From positions 124,001-188,000 of the IMG/VR virus record IMGVR_UViG_3300009104_001210: 64,000 nt of DNA; one strand, written 5' to 3'. The notes beneath the pieces are model-generated. The model had not been told where the DNA came from, ran no database searches, and was given only the letters and a program-made list of their open reading frames with translations. This document shows positions 38,127 through 46,926 of the stretch, piece by piece. The translations under genes were made by a program, and so were the position numbers. Positions within the stretch are counted from its first letter, which is position 1; each line of letters begins with the position of its first letter.

Positions 38127-39163
38127 TGAGAAGAGCATTAGCATATGATGACATAAATATTACACCTAAATATTCAGATGTGGAACATAGAGACGACATA
38201 AATATTACTACAAGATTTACTAAGAAAACTTTATTAGATATACCAATTGTATCTTCACCTATGGATACTATTACTGGATTTGATATGGCTTTTGCTATGA
38301 TGGTGTTGGGTGGAGTTGGTGTTGTACATAGATTTAATACTATTGAAGAACAATCATTGATAATGAATCAGTTACATACTGAAAAGTATGATCATTGTGA
38401 ATTACCATTATCTGCAGCTATTGGAGTTACAGGGGATTATTTAGAAAGGGCACAAGAATTAATTAAGAACGGATGTAATGTTCTACTTATAGATGTAGCG
38501 CATGGACATCATAAATTAGTAGGAGAAGCAATTGAAGAGGTCAAAACCAAGTTATCAGGAGTTGAAATCATTGCGGGATCAGTTGCGACAGGAGAAGCGT
38601 GTGAATACTTATGTGAAAAAGGAGCGGACTCGATTAGAGTCGGAATTGGAAATGGAAGTTTATGTGAAACGAGAATTAGAACGGGTGTCGGAATCCCTCA
38701 AGTGTCTGCTCTCATTGATTGCGTCGCCGTTGCTGATAGGTTTGATGTTCCTATTATTGGTGATGGTGGGATCCGTAATGTTGGTGATGTGTGTAAAGGA
38801 CTTGCTTGTGGGGCTGACTCGATTATGTTGGGCTCCCTGTTATCAGGTACTAAAGAAACTCCAGGCACGATTGAAAAAATAGGCCAATGGCCGAATGAAA
38901 TGTTACATAAAAAATATAGAGGTTCAGCATCATTGGACTCTAAAAAATCAAGAGGGGATAATAAAAATGTCGAAGGTAATCACAAAGTTATACCATACAA
39001 AGGGAAGGTCAAAAGAATTATACAAGATATACAAGAGGGAATTCGTAGTTCTTTCAGCTATGTTGGTGCTAACAATTTTCCTGAGTTTTATTCTAAAGTA
39101 GAGTTAATAGAAGTTACAAGAGCAGGAAATATTGAAGGTATGCCACACCTTCTTAATACTTAA
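38123..39163 (+). CDS. IMP dehydrogenase/GMP reductase family protein (no CBS domains)
   Basis: SSPMDT, IDVAHGH, GIGNGSLCETR, DGGIRN; YRGSAS/NVEG looks closer to GuaC-type. Confidence 0.9.
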   Translation: MMRRALAYDDINITPKYSDVEHRDDINITTRFTKKTLLDIPIVSSPMDTITGFDMAFAMMVLGGVGVVHRFNTIEEQSLIMNQLHTEKYDHCELPLSAAIGVTGDYLERAQELIKNGCNVLLIDVAHGHHKLVGEAIEEVKTKLSGVEIIAGSVATGEACEYLCEKGADSIRVGIGNGSLCETRIRTGVGIPQVSALIDCVAVADRFDVPIIGDGGIRNVGDVCKGLACGADSIMLGSLLSGTKETPGTIEKIGQWPNEMLHKKYRGSASLDSKKSRGDNKNVEGNHKVIPYKGKVKRIIQDIQEGIRSSFSYVGANNFPEFYSKVELIEVTRAGNIEGMPHLLNT

Positions 39164-39169
39164 TAATAT

Positions 39170-39604
39170 GGGGCTGAATGGTTTCGACAGATGCTATTTG
39201 ATAATATAGTGCAACGGAGTTTGAGTAAGACTTGCTATAAAAGACTCACAAACCCAAAATGGCGATAAATCGCTACAAGGGTTGGAAATTGATTGGCATT
39301 TAGCCAATACCGAACAGATGTTTGACACTTATGTTGAACCTGCAAGGGCTTCCCAACCAACTTACGCATACGCATAAGTTACTGAGTTACCTAACACTCG
39401 GTCATAAAATGAGTTAGGTGGTAGGATGGTTGGTATATGTCTTTGAGTAGGAATTAGACGATAAAGAAACCTATCAGTTAAACTCATCTGAGTAAATGAG
39501 GTATGGTGGGTTGTTAGTTGACTACCGATTTGGAAACTAACTAAGTTGTAAATGACTATTTATTAAAAGTAGACTGGACGCGGGTTCGAATCCCGCCAGC
39601 TCCA
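39170..39604 (+). ncRNA. ssrA: tmRNA (one-piece)
   Basis: 5' GGGGCTGAATGGTTTCGAC, 3' T-arm GCGGG-TTCGAAT-CCCGC, acceptor CAGCTCC-A with G3:U70; internal ORF ending TAA 39375-77. Confidence 0.93.
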
Positions 39605-39624
39605 CTAAAATTGAGGAGAATATT

Positions 39625-39867
39625 ATGAGAGGGAGAACCGATCTAATAGACGCATTAACAAAATACTTTGAAGGCTGTATTGCTAAGCACAAAGTTAATA
39701 TTGATAACTTGTTAGATAATCATGTAGCTTTAGCAGAACATCCTGATATTATTGACACACTTGATAAAGAAGTTGATATAATGTCTAACTACGAAGATAA
39801 GTTGAGTGTTTTACAAAAATATTTTGTTGTTGAAGAAACGAATAAAAAAGAACTATTAAAGGATTAA
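39625..39867 (+). CDS. Hypothetical phage protein
   Basis: GAGGAG SD; EHPDIIDTLDKEV. Confidence 0.6.
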   Translation: MRGRTDLIDALTKYFEGCIAKHKVNIDNLLDNHVALAEHPDIIDTLDKEVDIMSNYEDKLSVLQKYFVVEETNKKELLKD

Positions 39868-39868
39868 T

Positions 39869-40093
39869 ATGAAGCATATTATTGCAAAGAGAGTTCCACC
39901 TGGAGATAGATGGTCTATCGAAGGAGATGAAGTTGTTCACTCAACACTTACAGATTGTCTTAATTCTATTTTTATGGTAAATGGTTCTACACGATTTGAT
40001 ATAGATGCTAAGGCTGGAGAAATTTATACAGACGATGGTGTAGTTAAACCTGAACCAATCAAGAAGTATAGTTTGTATGGTGAAGAGATGTAA
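39869..40093 (+). CDS. Hypothetical protein
   Basis: AAGGA SD; RVPPGDRW. Confidence 0.6.
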   Translation: MKHIIAKRVPPGDRWSIEGDEVVHSTLTDCLNSIFMVNGSTRFDIDAKAGEIYTDDGVVKPEPIKKYSLYGEEM

Positions 40094-40097
40094 TCTT

Positions 40098-40331
40098 ATG
40101 AAAGAAAATACAGTATATAATCATTGGGATAATCTTGTAATGGTTAGAACTAATGAAAATTTTATAAATGTTATATGTCATAAAGAAGATCAAGTTCAAC
40201 CAGTATTAGATAGAATGTCTACTGATTGTTGTATTCTATCTGAATATGAAGAGTGGGATGAAGGTGAAGATGTGAAATGGATATTAACGTTTAGATTATT
40301 GGAAGAACACGAAACAATTCATAGTAACTAA
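40098..40331 (+). CDS. Hypothetical protein
   Basis: ORF in operon. Confidence 0.55.
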   Translation: MKENTVYNHWDNLVMVRTNENFINVICHKEDQVQPVLDRMSTDCCILSEYEEWDEGEDVKWILTFRLLEEHETIHSN

Positions 40332-41075
40332 ATGATAAATCATAAACATAAGTTTATTTTTGTACATATACCACATACTGCAGGAACAAGTATAGAAGAG
40401 GCTTTTGGTTGGTATATACCAAATGAATCAAAGGAAATTACTAATGAAGAGTTTGCATTAATTAAAGATAGACATTTAACAGGCGCACAGAGTAAAAGAA
40501 AATATAAAAAATATTGGGATGATTATTTTGTATTTACAATTATAAGGAATCCATTTGATTATTTAGTTTCTAGTTGGGCAAGTTCTTCTGATTATATAGA
40601 TGTTAAGAATAGGTATGCTAGTTATGGTAAATATTTGGGTGATGAAATAATATATAAAAGACGTGAACGACGATTTAGTTCAAGTTCTGATAGAGACTTA
40701 TTGGAAAGAATGGGGCTTAGTATAGATAAAATTTATTTTAAAGATTATGTAAATGCTTGTATAGATTATAAAAGAAATTTGAATCAAACAAATATGTTAG
40801 GTGATTTAGGTAGATATGATTTTATTGGTAAGTTTGAAGATATAGAAAATAGTTGGCAATATATTTGTAAAGAACTTGGAGTAGAAATAATATTAGGAAA
40901 CTCTAATCCAACATTTAATTTGAAGAAAAAGCATTATAGTCATTGGTATACAAAAGATATAGAGTTAATAGATAAAAGTATTCCAATACTTGATGATGAA
41001 TTAATAGATAGAGTTGCAGATTATTGTTCAAGAGATTTAGAAACATTTGATTATAAGTTCGATTATGGATTATGA
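40332..41075 (+). CDS. Sulfotransferase family 2 protein
   Basis: FIFVHIPHTAGTSI, FTIIRNPFD, FIGKFE. Confidence 0.85.
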   Translation: MINHKHKFIFVHIPHTAGTSIEEAFGWYIPNESKEITNEEFALIKDRHLTGAQSKRKYKKYWDDYFVFTIIRNPFDYLVSSWASSSDYIDVKNRYASYGKYLGDEIIYKRRERRFSSSSDRDLLERMGLSIDKIYFKDYVNACIDYKRNLNQTNMLGDLGRYDFIGKFEDIENSWQYICKELGVEIILGNSNPTFNLKKKHYSHWYTKDIELIDKSIPILDDELIDRVADYCSRDLETFDYKFDYGL

Positions 41076-41539
41076 AGAGTACGCCAAGCAATAAAGAAAT
41101 TGGTTTTTTTAAACAGTTATATTCAGAAGAACCACATAGTTGGGTTAATCCAATGTTCATTTCACGAAGCGATTGGCCACCACCTCAAGATTGGTTAGAT
41201 GAAGCGCCACATTTAAATCATAAAATGATACATAAAAGAGCTTCAGTTTGTTTATGTGTTTGGGAAAGATTTGGTGAAGTAACAAATCGTGCACTTATAG
41301 ATTACTTTAAATTAATAATACCACACGTTCATTTACCATTAGACTTAGATGGTTTTATGAAAATAGTAGATGGTAGACATAGATTAATAGCATATAAAGA
41401 ATTAGATATAATGTGTCCTGTTTATATAGGTAGAAAAAGAGTGAGATATGGTACTTGTTGGCAAAAAGGACTTGCTTATAATGATGGAACAGTTGATAAG
41501 AATGTAAGACATAGAAGTGGATATTATGATCTTAAATAA
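41072..41539 (+). CDS. ParB/sulfiredoxin-like domain protein
   Basis: IVDGRHRLIAY. Confidence 0.6.
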   Translation: MKSTPSNKEIGFFKQLYSEEPHSWVNPMFISRSDWPPPQDWLDEAPHLNHKMIHKRASVCLCVWERFGEVTNRALIDYFKLIIPHVHLPLDLDGFMKIVDGRHRLIAYKELDIMCPVYIGRKRVRYGTCWQKGLAYNDGTVDKNVRHRSGYYDLK

Positions 41540-42242
41540 TGAATATAAATTTATTTTTATACATATCCCAAAAAATGCTGGCACTTCTTTGAGAAGTAAT
41601 TTGTGTAGATTAAGTGGTATGAAACAACCGTACACTTTTGAAGAAAAAGCGTTTGCACGTTTATGTACACATACTAAACCATGTGATTGTAAAAAGGATG
41701 GCGTCTTATCAGGTAGACATATTAGGGCTATTACATTACGAGATGAAAAAGAAATAGATAATTGGAATGATTTGTATAAGTTTGCATTTGTAAGAAATCC
41801 ATATGATAGAATGGTATCATTCTGGGCATTCTATAGAAACATAGGAACATCTATGACAAATGTTAGAAGGTCAGCAGAAATGATGTCTTTTGATGATTGG
41901 GTTAAATATTTAAGAAAGAAATCATTTGCCAAAATGGGAGAGCATCCTGAATCACTTGTTCCACCTTGGCGGTGGCCACAAGTATCTTGGATTGAAAAGG
42001 ATGGTAAACAGATAATAGATTTTGTAGGTAGATACGAAAATTTACAGGAAGATTTTGAATACATATGTAAACATATTGGTTTAGATAAAGATAGTTCTTT
42101 GTGGAAAGGACATGAACAATTAGAAGAATTTAATAAATCAGGTAGATTAAAAGATTATAGACAATACTATACGGAAGAATCAAAGAAGATAGTTGGTTGG
42201 TGGTTTAAAAGAGATTTGGAATTATTTGATTATTCCTTTTAA
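41526..42242 (+). CDS. Sulfotransferase family 2 protein
   Basis: FIFIHIPKNAGTSL, FAFVRNPYDRMVS, FVGRYE. Confidence 0.88.
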   Translation: MILNNEYKFIFIHIPKNAGTSLRSNLCRLSGMKQPYTFEEKAFARLCTHTKPCDCKKDGVLSGRHIRAITLRDEKEIDNWNDLYKFAFVRNPYDRMVSFWAFYRNIGTSMTNVRRSAEMMSFDDWVKYLRKKSFAKMGEHPESLVPPWRWPQVSWIEKDGKQIIDFVGRYENLQEDFEYICKHIGLDKDSSLWKGHEQLEEFNKSGRLKDYRQYYTEESKKIVGWWFKRDLELFDYSF

Positions 42243-42245
42243 TAT

Positions 42246-42317
42246 GGCCCCATCGTCTAATGGTGAGGACGTCGCCCTTTCAAGGCGGAGATATGGGTTC
42301 GACTCCCGTTGGGGCTA
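42246..42317 (+). tRNA. tRNA-Glu(TTC)
   Basis: Full cloverleaf; loop CT-TTC-AA; no encoded CCA. Confidence 0.92.
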
Positions 42318-42318
42318 C

Positions 42319-42401
42319 GGGCAGGTAGCAAAGCGGTTAAATGCACCAAACCGTAAGTTTGGCGTCGTGAGACTACGGTGGTTCGAATCCATCCCTGCCC
42401 T
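42319..42401 (+). tRNA. tRNA-Tyr(GTA), atypical C33/G38/U73
   Basis: GGGCAGG/CCTGCCC acceptor, long variable arm, loop CC-GTA-AG. Confidence 0.8.
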
Positions 42402-42402
42402 C

Positions 42403-42475
42403 GGGGCTGTAGCTCATTTGGGAGAGCGCTTCCCTTGCACGGAAGAGGCAGCAGGTTCGATTCCTGTCAGCTCCA
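42403..42475 (+). tRNA. tRNA-Ala(TGC)
   Basis: G3:U70, loop CT-TGC-AC. Confidence 0.93.
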
Positions 42476-42476
42476 C

Positions 42477-43070
42477 ATGAAAAATCTATCTAGATCTGAA
42501 ATAAGAGAAATAAAGAATAACCAATCAGAGTTGTATATGGAAAATGATAACTTTAAAGTTATTATACCATATACACATGATGCAGTTAAGATATATGGTA
42601 AAGGTACTAGTTGGTGTGTTTCTTGGGCAAAAGACGAAGACTATCAGTTTTATAATAAAACAGGTAAAATTCTTTTAATACTTAAAAAGAATGTTCATAT
42701 TAAAGATAATACTGAAATAGATGATGTGTGTTATAAAGTATCTATGTGGATGCCATATCAAAAATATTTGCCACTATATAGAAATTTTGGAAAAGGTGGT
42801 ATAGAAGATATAGCTAAAAGATATGAGTCCGATAAAGAGTTATATAAAAGCGTATTAAATGGTTATGTAAATTCGGTTGATGGTATTACTATTCATAAAA
42901 TAACAGCAGATTTTGAATATTATGATGCTGATGATGCGCATTGTTTTATGCCTGTAAAGTATATAGAAGGAGATAAAGTAGTTTGCATAGATAGAGATTG
43001 GGAATTAGATTGGGAAATATTTGATAGTATAAGATATAAGTATGAATATGAGTGGCAATTTGAAGGATAA
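42477..43070 (+). CDS. Hypothetical protein (GTSWC motif)
   Basis: ATG one base after the tRNA-Ala discriminator; upstream track start lies inside tRNAs. Confidence 0.6.
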   Translation: MKNLSRSEIREIKNNQSELYMENDNFKVIIPYTHDAVKIYGKGTSWCVSWAKDEDYQFYNKTGKILLILKKNVHIKDNTEIDDVCYKVSMWMPYQKYLPLYRNFGKGGIEDIAKRYESDKELYKSVLNGYVNSVDGITIHKITADFEYYDADDAHCFMPVKYIEGDKVVCIDRDWELDWEIFDSIRYKYEYEWQFEG

Positions 43071-43074
43071 TAAT

Positions 43075-43148
43075 GTGCTGGTGCCGGAGTGGTCTAACGG
43101 GGTGGGTTGCAAACCCATTATTCACAGGTTCGAATCCTGTTCAGCACT
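43075..43148 (+). tRNA. tRNA-Cys(GCA)
   Basis: Loop TT-GCA-AA, U73. Confidence 0.9.
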
Positions 43149-43301
43149 CATAACTAAGGAGAAATACCAATGTAATATACAACACTAAATATAAGATTAG
43201 GGTTTAGCAGTACCAATATATAAACTGTCGGTGTTTAAAGTACACCACAAAATTTAGTGTACGGATGGTATCTAAAGAGGGACGGAGGCGGGAAAAAATT
43301 A

Positions 43302-43374
43302 GCCACTTTAGCTCAGTTGGTAGAGCAGCTCACTTGTAATGAGCAGGTCCTCAGTTCGAGTCTGAGAAGTGGCT
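43302..43374 (+). tRNA. tRNA-Thr(TGT)
   Basis: GCCACTT/AAGTGGC acceptor, loop CT-TGT-AA. Confidence 0.93.
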
Positions 43375-43385
43375 CAAAAATAATT

Positions 43386-43425
43386 AAAAAAAGGCTTGAC
43401 TCGCATGGTCCAAAATGCCTATATT
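43386..43425 (+). promoter_or_regulatory. Sigma70-like early promoter
   Basis: A-tract-GGC-TTGACT 43396-401, 18-nt spacer, TATATT 43420-25. Confidence 0.75.
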
Positions 43426-43450
43426 TAGGTATAAATGAGAGGATATAAAA

Positions 43451-43834
43451 ATGGCACATGAAACAGTAAGAGATTTTGTAAATTGGGAAGATGTCGCTGA
43501 ATGTGATGATATAGTTGGTGCAGGAAAAGATTTTGATACCGCTGTGTCAAATCTTTTAGAAAATATTGAAGAAAAATTTGTTAAATCATTTCCTAATCAT
43601 AGGGATATGATATTATCACTTGTGGCTGGTAGGAAATTTGTTAAAGTAGTACACGATAATAGTGTTTGGGGATTTGTTGCTAAAGTAAATGGTTTACATA
43701 AAGGTGAACCATATGAAGTTGGTGATGTATTTAAAGCCGCTAGTTGGAAATCACCAGCTAAGTATGTACGGGGTAGTATTTTTGATAGTAATACTGATTG
43801 GTATCATTGGACAGGTCCTAATTATTTGAAATGA
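43451..43834 (+). CDS. Conserved hypothetical phage protein
   Basis: GRKFVKV...GDVFKAASWKSPAKYVRGSIF. Confidence 0.65.
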   Translation: MAHETVRDFVNWEDVAECDDIVGAGKDFDTAVSNLLENIEEKFVKSFPNHRDMILSLVAGRKFVKVVHDNSVWGFVAKVNGLHKGEPYEVGDVFKAASWKSPAKYVRGSIFDSNTDWYHWTGPNYLK

Positions 43835-44340
43835 ACTATAGTATAGGAGCAAATAAACCCAAACCCGAATGGGTTAAAAAAAATAAGTCTATGTATGGTA
43901 AGAGGATAAAACAACTTGAACATATAATTAAAGATGACTCATATATTCCAAAAGGAAGTACCAATGGTTATCATGATTTTATATTTAGTATGCATCGGGC
44001 ATTGGTAACTGGTAGAAAAATAACACCAAAGATGGAATCATCTATTACCAATATTGTTAAGAAATATACAGAACATTTTAATAAAGAAAAAGATCCTGAA
44101 TATAGAAATGAAAAATTAAGGTATATTAATACTACTTTAGAAAAATTAACAGTTATTAAAAACAATTTAAAAGAAGCTAAATACTCAAGATCTTATACAA
44201 GTAATAGTTTATACTTCTTAAATTCTATCGAAACACAAGTAAAATCACGTGGTAAATTGACTATAAAACAGAGAAAAGCCCTTAATTCGATGAATTTACA
44301 GTTCAAAAAAAGAATTAAAAATAATGAAAAAAAGGCTTGA
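43831..44340 (+). CDS. Hypothetical protein
   Basis: Coupled basic ORF. Confidence 0.55.
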   Translation: MNYSIGANKPKPEWVKKNKSMYGKRIKQLEHIIKDDSYIPKGSTNGYHDFIFSMHRALVTGRKITPKMESSITNIVKKYTEHFNKEKDPEYRNEKLRYINTTLEKLTVIKNNLKEAKYSRSYTSNSLYFLNSIETQVKSRGKLTIKQRKALNSMNLQFKKRIKNNEKKA

Positions 44341-44366
44341 CTCGTATGGTCCTTTATGCGTATGAT
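44327..44366 (+). promoter_or_regulatory. Sigma70-like early promoter
   Basis: TTGACT 44337-42, 18-nt spacer, TATGAT 44361-66. Confidence 0.75.
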
Positions 44367-44412
44367 CAGGTGTAATGAGAGTTAAGTCAATTAAAAAAGA
44401 AAAGGATAATAA

Positions 44413-45579
44413 ATGAATAAAGTTGTAGTCAAAATCGAAATGTCGGGAAACCGATATAACGCTTTTGATTCTGATGGTAATAAATACACATCAGAAATTG
44501 GTACTGGAACACGTAAAAGAGCATTTGAACAAGGTATGGCTCTTGAACGTCGTGAAGGTAAAACTGGTAAAACCTATTGGTGGAAAGTTCCAATGAGTGA
44601 ATTTGAAGTATCATCAGTTCCTGAGTTTGATGTTTCTTCGGTAGAAGTACCTGAAGAACATGGTGAGATGTTGAATTTCATTCATAGTTCATATAAACTG
44701 AAACCTAAAGGTTTGGTTATGAAGGAACTGAAGTGGAAATATTTAGTTCGTTCAGGTGTTAGAGGTAAGAACATTCTAATGACAGGTCCTGCCGGATGTG
44801 GTAAAACATTGGCAGCTAAGTCGTTAGTTAACGCACTTGATCGTCCTGATTTTTACTTTAATTTGGGTGCGACTCAAGACCCTCGTTCCTCTCTAATTGG
44901 TAATACTCACTTTGATAAGTCAAAGGGTACTTACTTTTCAGAATCACTTTTTGTGAAGGCGATTTCGACGCCTAACTCAGTTATTCTGTTAGATGAGTTA
45001 AGTAGGGCTCACCCTGACGCTTGGAATATTTTGATGACAGTTCTTGATGAAGGTCAGAGATATCTAAGGTTGGATGAGGCTGACGGGCAGGCGACGATTA
45101 AAGTTGCAAGTGGTGTTACTTTTGTAGCGACAGCGAACATTGGTAATGAATACACTTCTACAAGAGTTATGGATAAAGCCTTAATGGATAGATTCATTAT
45201 TGTAGAAATGGATGTTCTAAACTCTGATGAGGAATATGGATTGTTACAATATATGTTTCCTCATGTGGATCCTGAGTTATTGAAAGCAGTTGCTGAGATA
45301 GCTCACGCATCAAGGTCAGAATCAAAATCAGAAGCAGGTAGGATTTCAAGTGGAATTTCGACAAGAACTTCAGTTGAAATGTCTGGTCTTCTGTATGATG
45401 GTTTTGGATTAGATGAAGCGTCTGAAGTTAGTATCTATCCTCAGTATTCTGAAGATGGTGGAATGGAATCTGAAAGAACTTACATTAGACAGTTAGTACA
45501 GAAGTTCGTTTCTGATGGTAGTTCTGAAGACCTCTTTAATGAAGACGAAATAGAATCTACAGAAGATTCTGATTCTTAA
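44413..45579 (+). CDS. AAA+ ATPase, MoxR/CbbQ/NorQ-like
   Basis: GPAGCGKT Walker A, ILLDELSR Walker B, ATAN, ALMDRF. Confidence 0.88.
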   Translation: MNKVVVKIEMSGNRYNAFDSDGNKYTSEIGTGTRKRAFEQGMALERREGKTGKTYWWKVPMSEFEVSSVPEFDVSSVEVPEEHGEMLNFIHSSYKLKPKGLVMKELKWKYLVRSGVRGKNILMTGPAGCGKTLAAKSLVNALDRPDFYFNLGATQDPRSSLIGNTHFDKSKGTYFSESLFVKAISTPNSVILLDELSRAHPDAWNILMTVLDEGQRYLRLDEADGQATIKVASGVTFVATANIGNEYTSTRVMDKALMDRFIIVEMDVLNSDEEYGLLQYMFPHVDPELLKAVAEIAHASRSESKSEAGRISSGISTRTSVEMSGLLYDGFGLDEASEVSIYPQYSEDGGMESERTYIRQLVQKFVSDGSSEDLFNEDEIESTEDSDS

Positions 45580-45596
45580 TAATTGACTGACTACTA

Positions 45597-45640
45597 AAAA
45601 ACAGCGCCCGAAATAAAATACATTTTCGGGCGTTTGTTTT
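45597..45640. terminator. Bidirectional intrinsic terminator
   Basis: AAAA-GCGCCCGAAA/TTTCGGGCGT-TTGTTTT. Confidence 0.8.
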
Positions 45641-45718
45641 ATATTTATAGGAGACAAAGATATAAGGTAATTATAAATTAAATTAAAATATAGAATGATT
45701 TTACTCTCTCATTCCAAC

Positions 45719-45755
45719 GAGCCCGTTCCTCTTATAGAAGTTCGGGCTTTTTTTT
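45719..45755 (+). terminator. Intrinsic terminator
   Basis: GAGCCCG/CGGGCTT stem followed by a T run. Confidence 0.8.
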
Positions 45756-45773
45756 AATATAAAGAGGTTTTTT

Positions 45774-46613
45774 ATGAAACAATTAATAAAAGATGTATTA
45801 GAGACTCAAGCAGCTAATCAAGTAAATCTATCATCAGATGCTGCACGTGAACAAATAGCTAATGCTATCTTAGCAAAGATAAAGAATAATAATACAGGTT
45901 GGACTTTGGATCTTAGTACTTTAGACGGCAAAGCAAAGTTAACACCCGAAGAAATAGAAGAGCAGAATTATAAAGAATTTTGGACCTGTGCAATTTGTGG
46001 TGAAGATACTTCAAAAGTAGATTATGATTATATAGGCTCAGGGACTAATCATTTAGGCTGTGAACTAAAAACAGAGCAAGAGATAGAAGAGTTTGTTGAA
46101 GATATAGATGAGCAAGCATACGCACAGGGACGTAAAAGTAGTTATGATGGAGATTCACTTCAACAAAAAGAAGATTTTGAGAAAAGATCAACCAAAGATA
46201 GACGAAAAGGTGATAGACGAGAAAAGAATTGGGCTCAAAAGAAACATGAAGAAAAAGTTTTTGGTATTGAAGCTGAAGCATCAGCTCGTAGAACATCAAA
46301 ATCATTTGAAAAAGGTGATGCGTCTTCAATAGCAACAAAAGCTTATGTAGAAATGACTGCTGATGGATTACCTCCTGGTGGAGACGCACAAGCTGTATTA
46401 GAATCGCATAAGTTAGCAGAGGAAATAGTAGATAACCAAGAAGGTAAATGGATTTATGAATCTCCTGATGGTGGTAAAACAGTTTTTCGAAGACCATTTG
46501 GTGATTATGATATGAAGAATAAAGAAGAAATAAATTGGGAAACGAAACAACCTACAGGTAGAATGTTTACTCAATTTCCATTTCCCTCAGATGAGATAGT
46601 GAAAGAGGTGTAA
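45774..46613 (+). CDS. Hypothetical protein
   Basis: GAGG SD; CAIC motif; WIYESPDGGKTVFRRPFG C-terminal motif. Confidence 0.6.
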   Translation: MKQLIKDVLETQAANQVNLSSDAAREQIANAILAKIKNNNTGWTLDLSTLDGKAKLTPEEIEEQNYKEFWTCAICGEDTSKVDYDYIGSGTNHLGCELKTEQEIEEFVEDIDEQAYAQGRKSSYDGDSLQQKEDFEKRSTKDRRKGDRREKNWAQKKHEEKVFGIEAEASARRTSKSFEKGDASSIATKAYVEMTADGLPPGGDAQAVLESHKLAEEIVDNQEGKWIYESPDGGKTVFRRPFGDYDMKNKEEINWETKQPTGRMFTQFPFPSDEIVKEV

Positions 46614-46614
46614 A

Positions 46615-46926
46615 TTGATGGAAAGAAAATATTGGTCTGATTATGATGTGTATATTGAGATGGCACATTCCCATACAAATAGATTAGAAGTAAGTTATTC
46701 GGGTTTTATAAGATTTAAAAAAGTAAAAGAAGTAATAAGTTCTATAGCAAATACAAACCCAGACTCTAAACATTTTTTATATGAAGGAGAAATAGTGCCA
46801 AAAAAAATTAGTCAAACAGAAGCACTATCTATACTTGATAATATTTATAAAGGTAAGTGGGATAAAACCACTGCGAAATGTATAAGAGTTGCGAATCAAG
46901 TAGGAATTGATTTAAGAAAAGAATAA
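46615..46926 (+). CDS. Hypothetical protein
   Basis: GAGGTG SD. Confidence 0.55.
   Translation: MMERKYWSDYDVYIEMAHSHTNRLEVSYSGFIRFKKVKEVISSIANTNPDSKHFLYEGEIVPKKISQTEALSILDNIYKGKWDKTTAKCIRVANQVGIDLRKE

Noticed and set aside
42193-42480. ORF-track ORFs at 42193 and the 42378 start
   Set aside because: They overlap three clear tRNAs; real CDS start taken as 42477
43257-43448. 63-aa ORF
   Set aside because: Overlaps tRNA-Thr and a promoter
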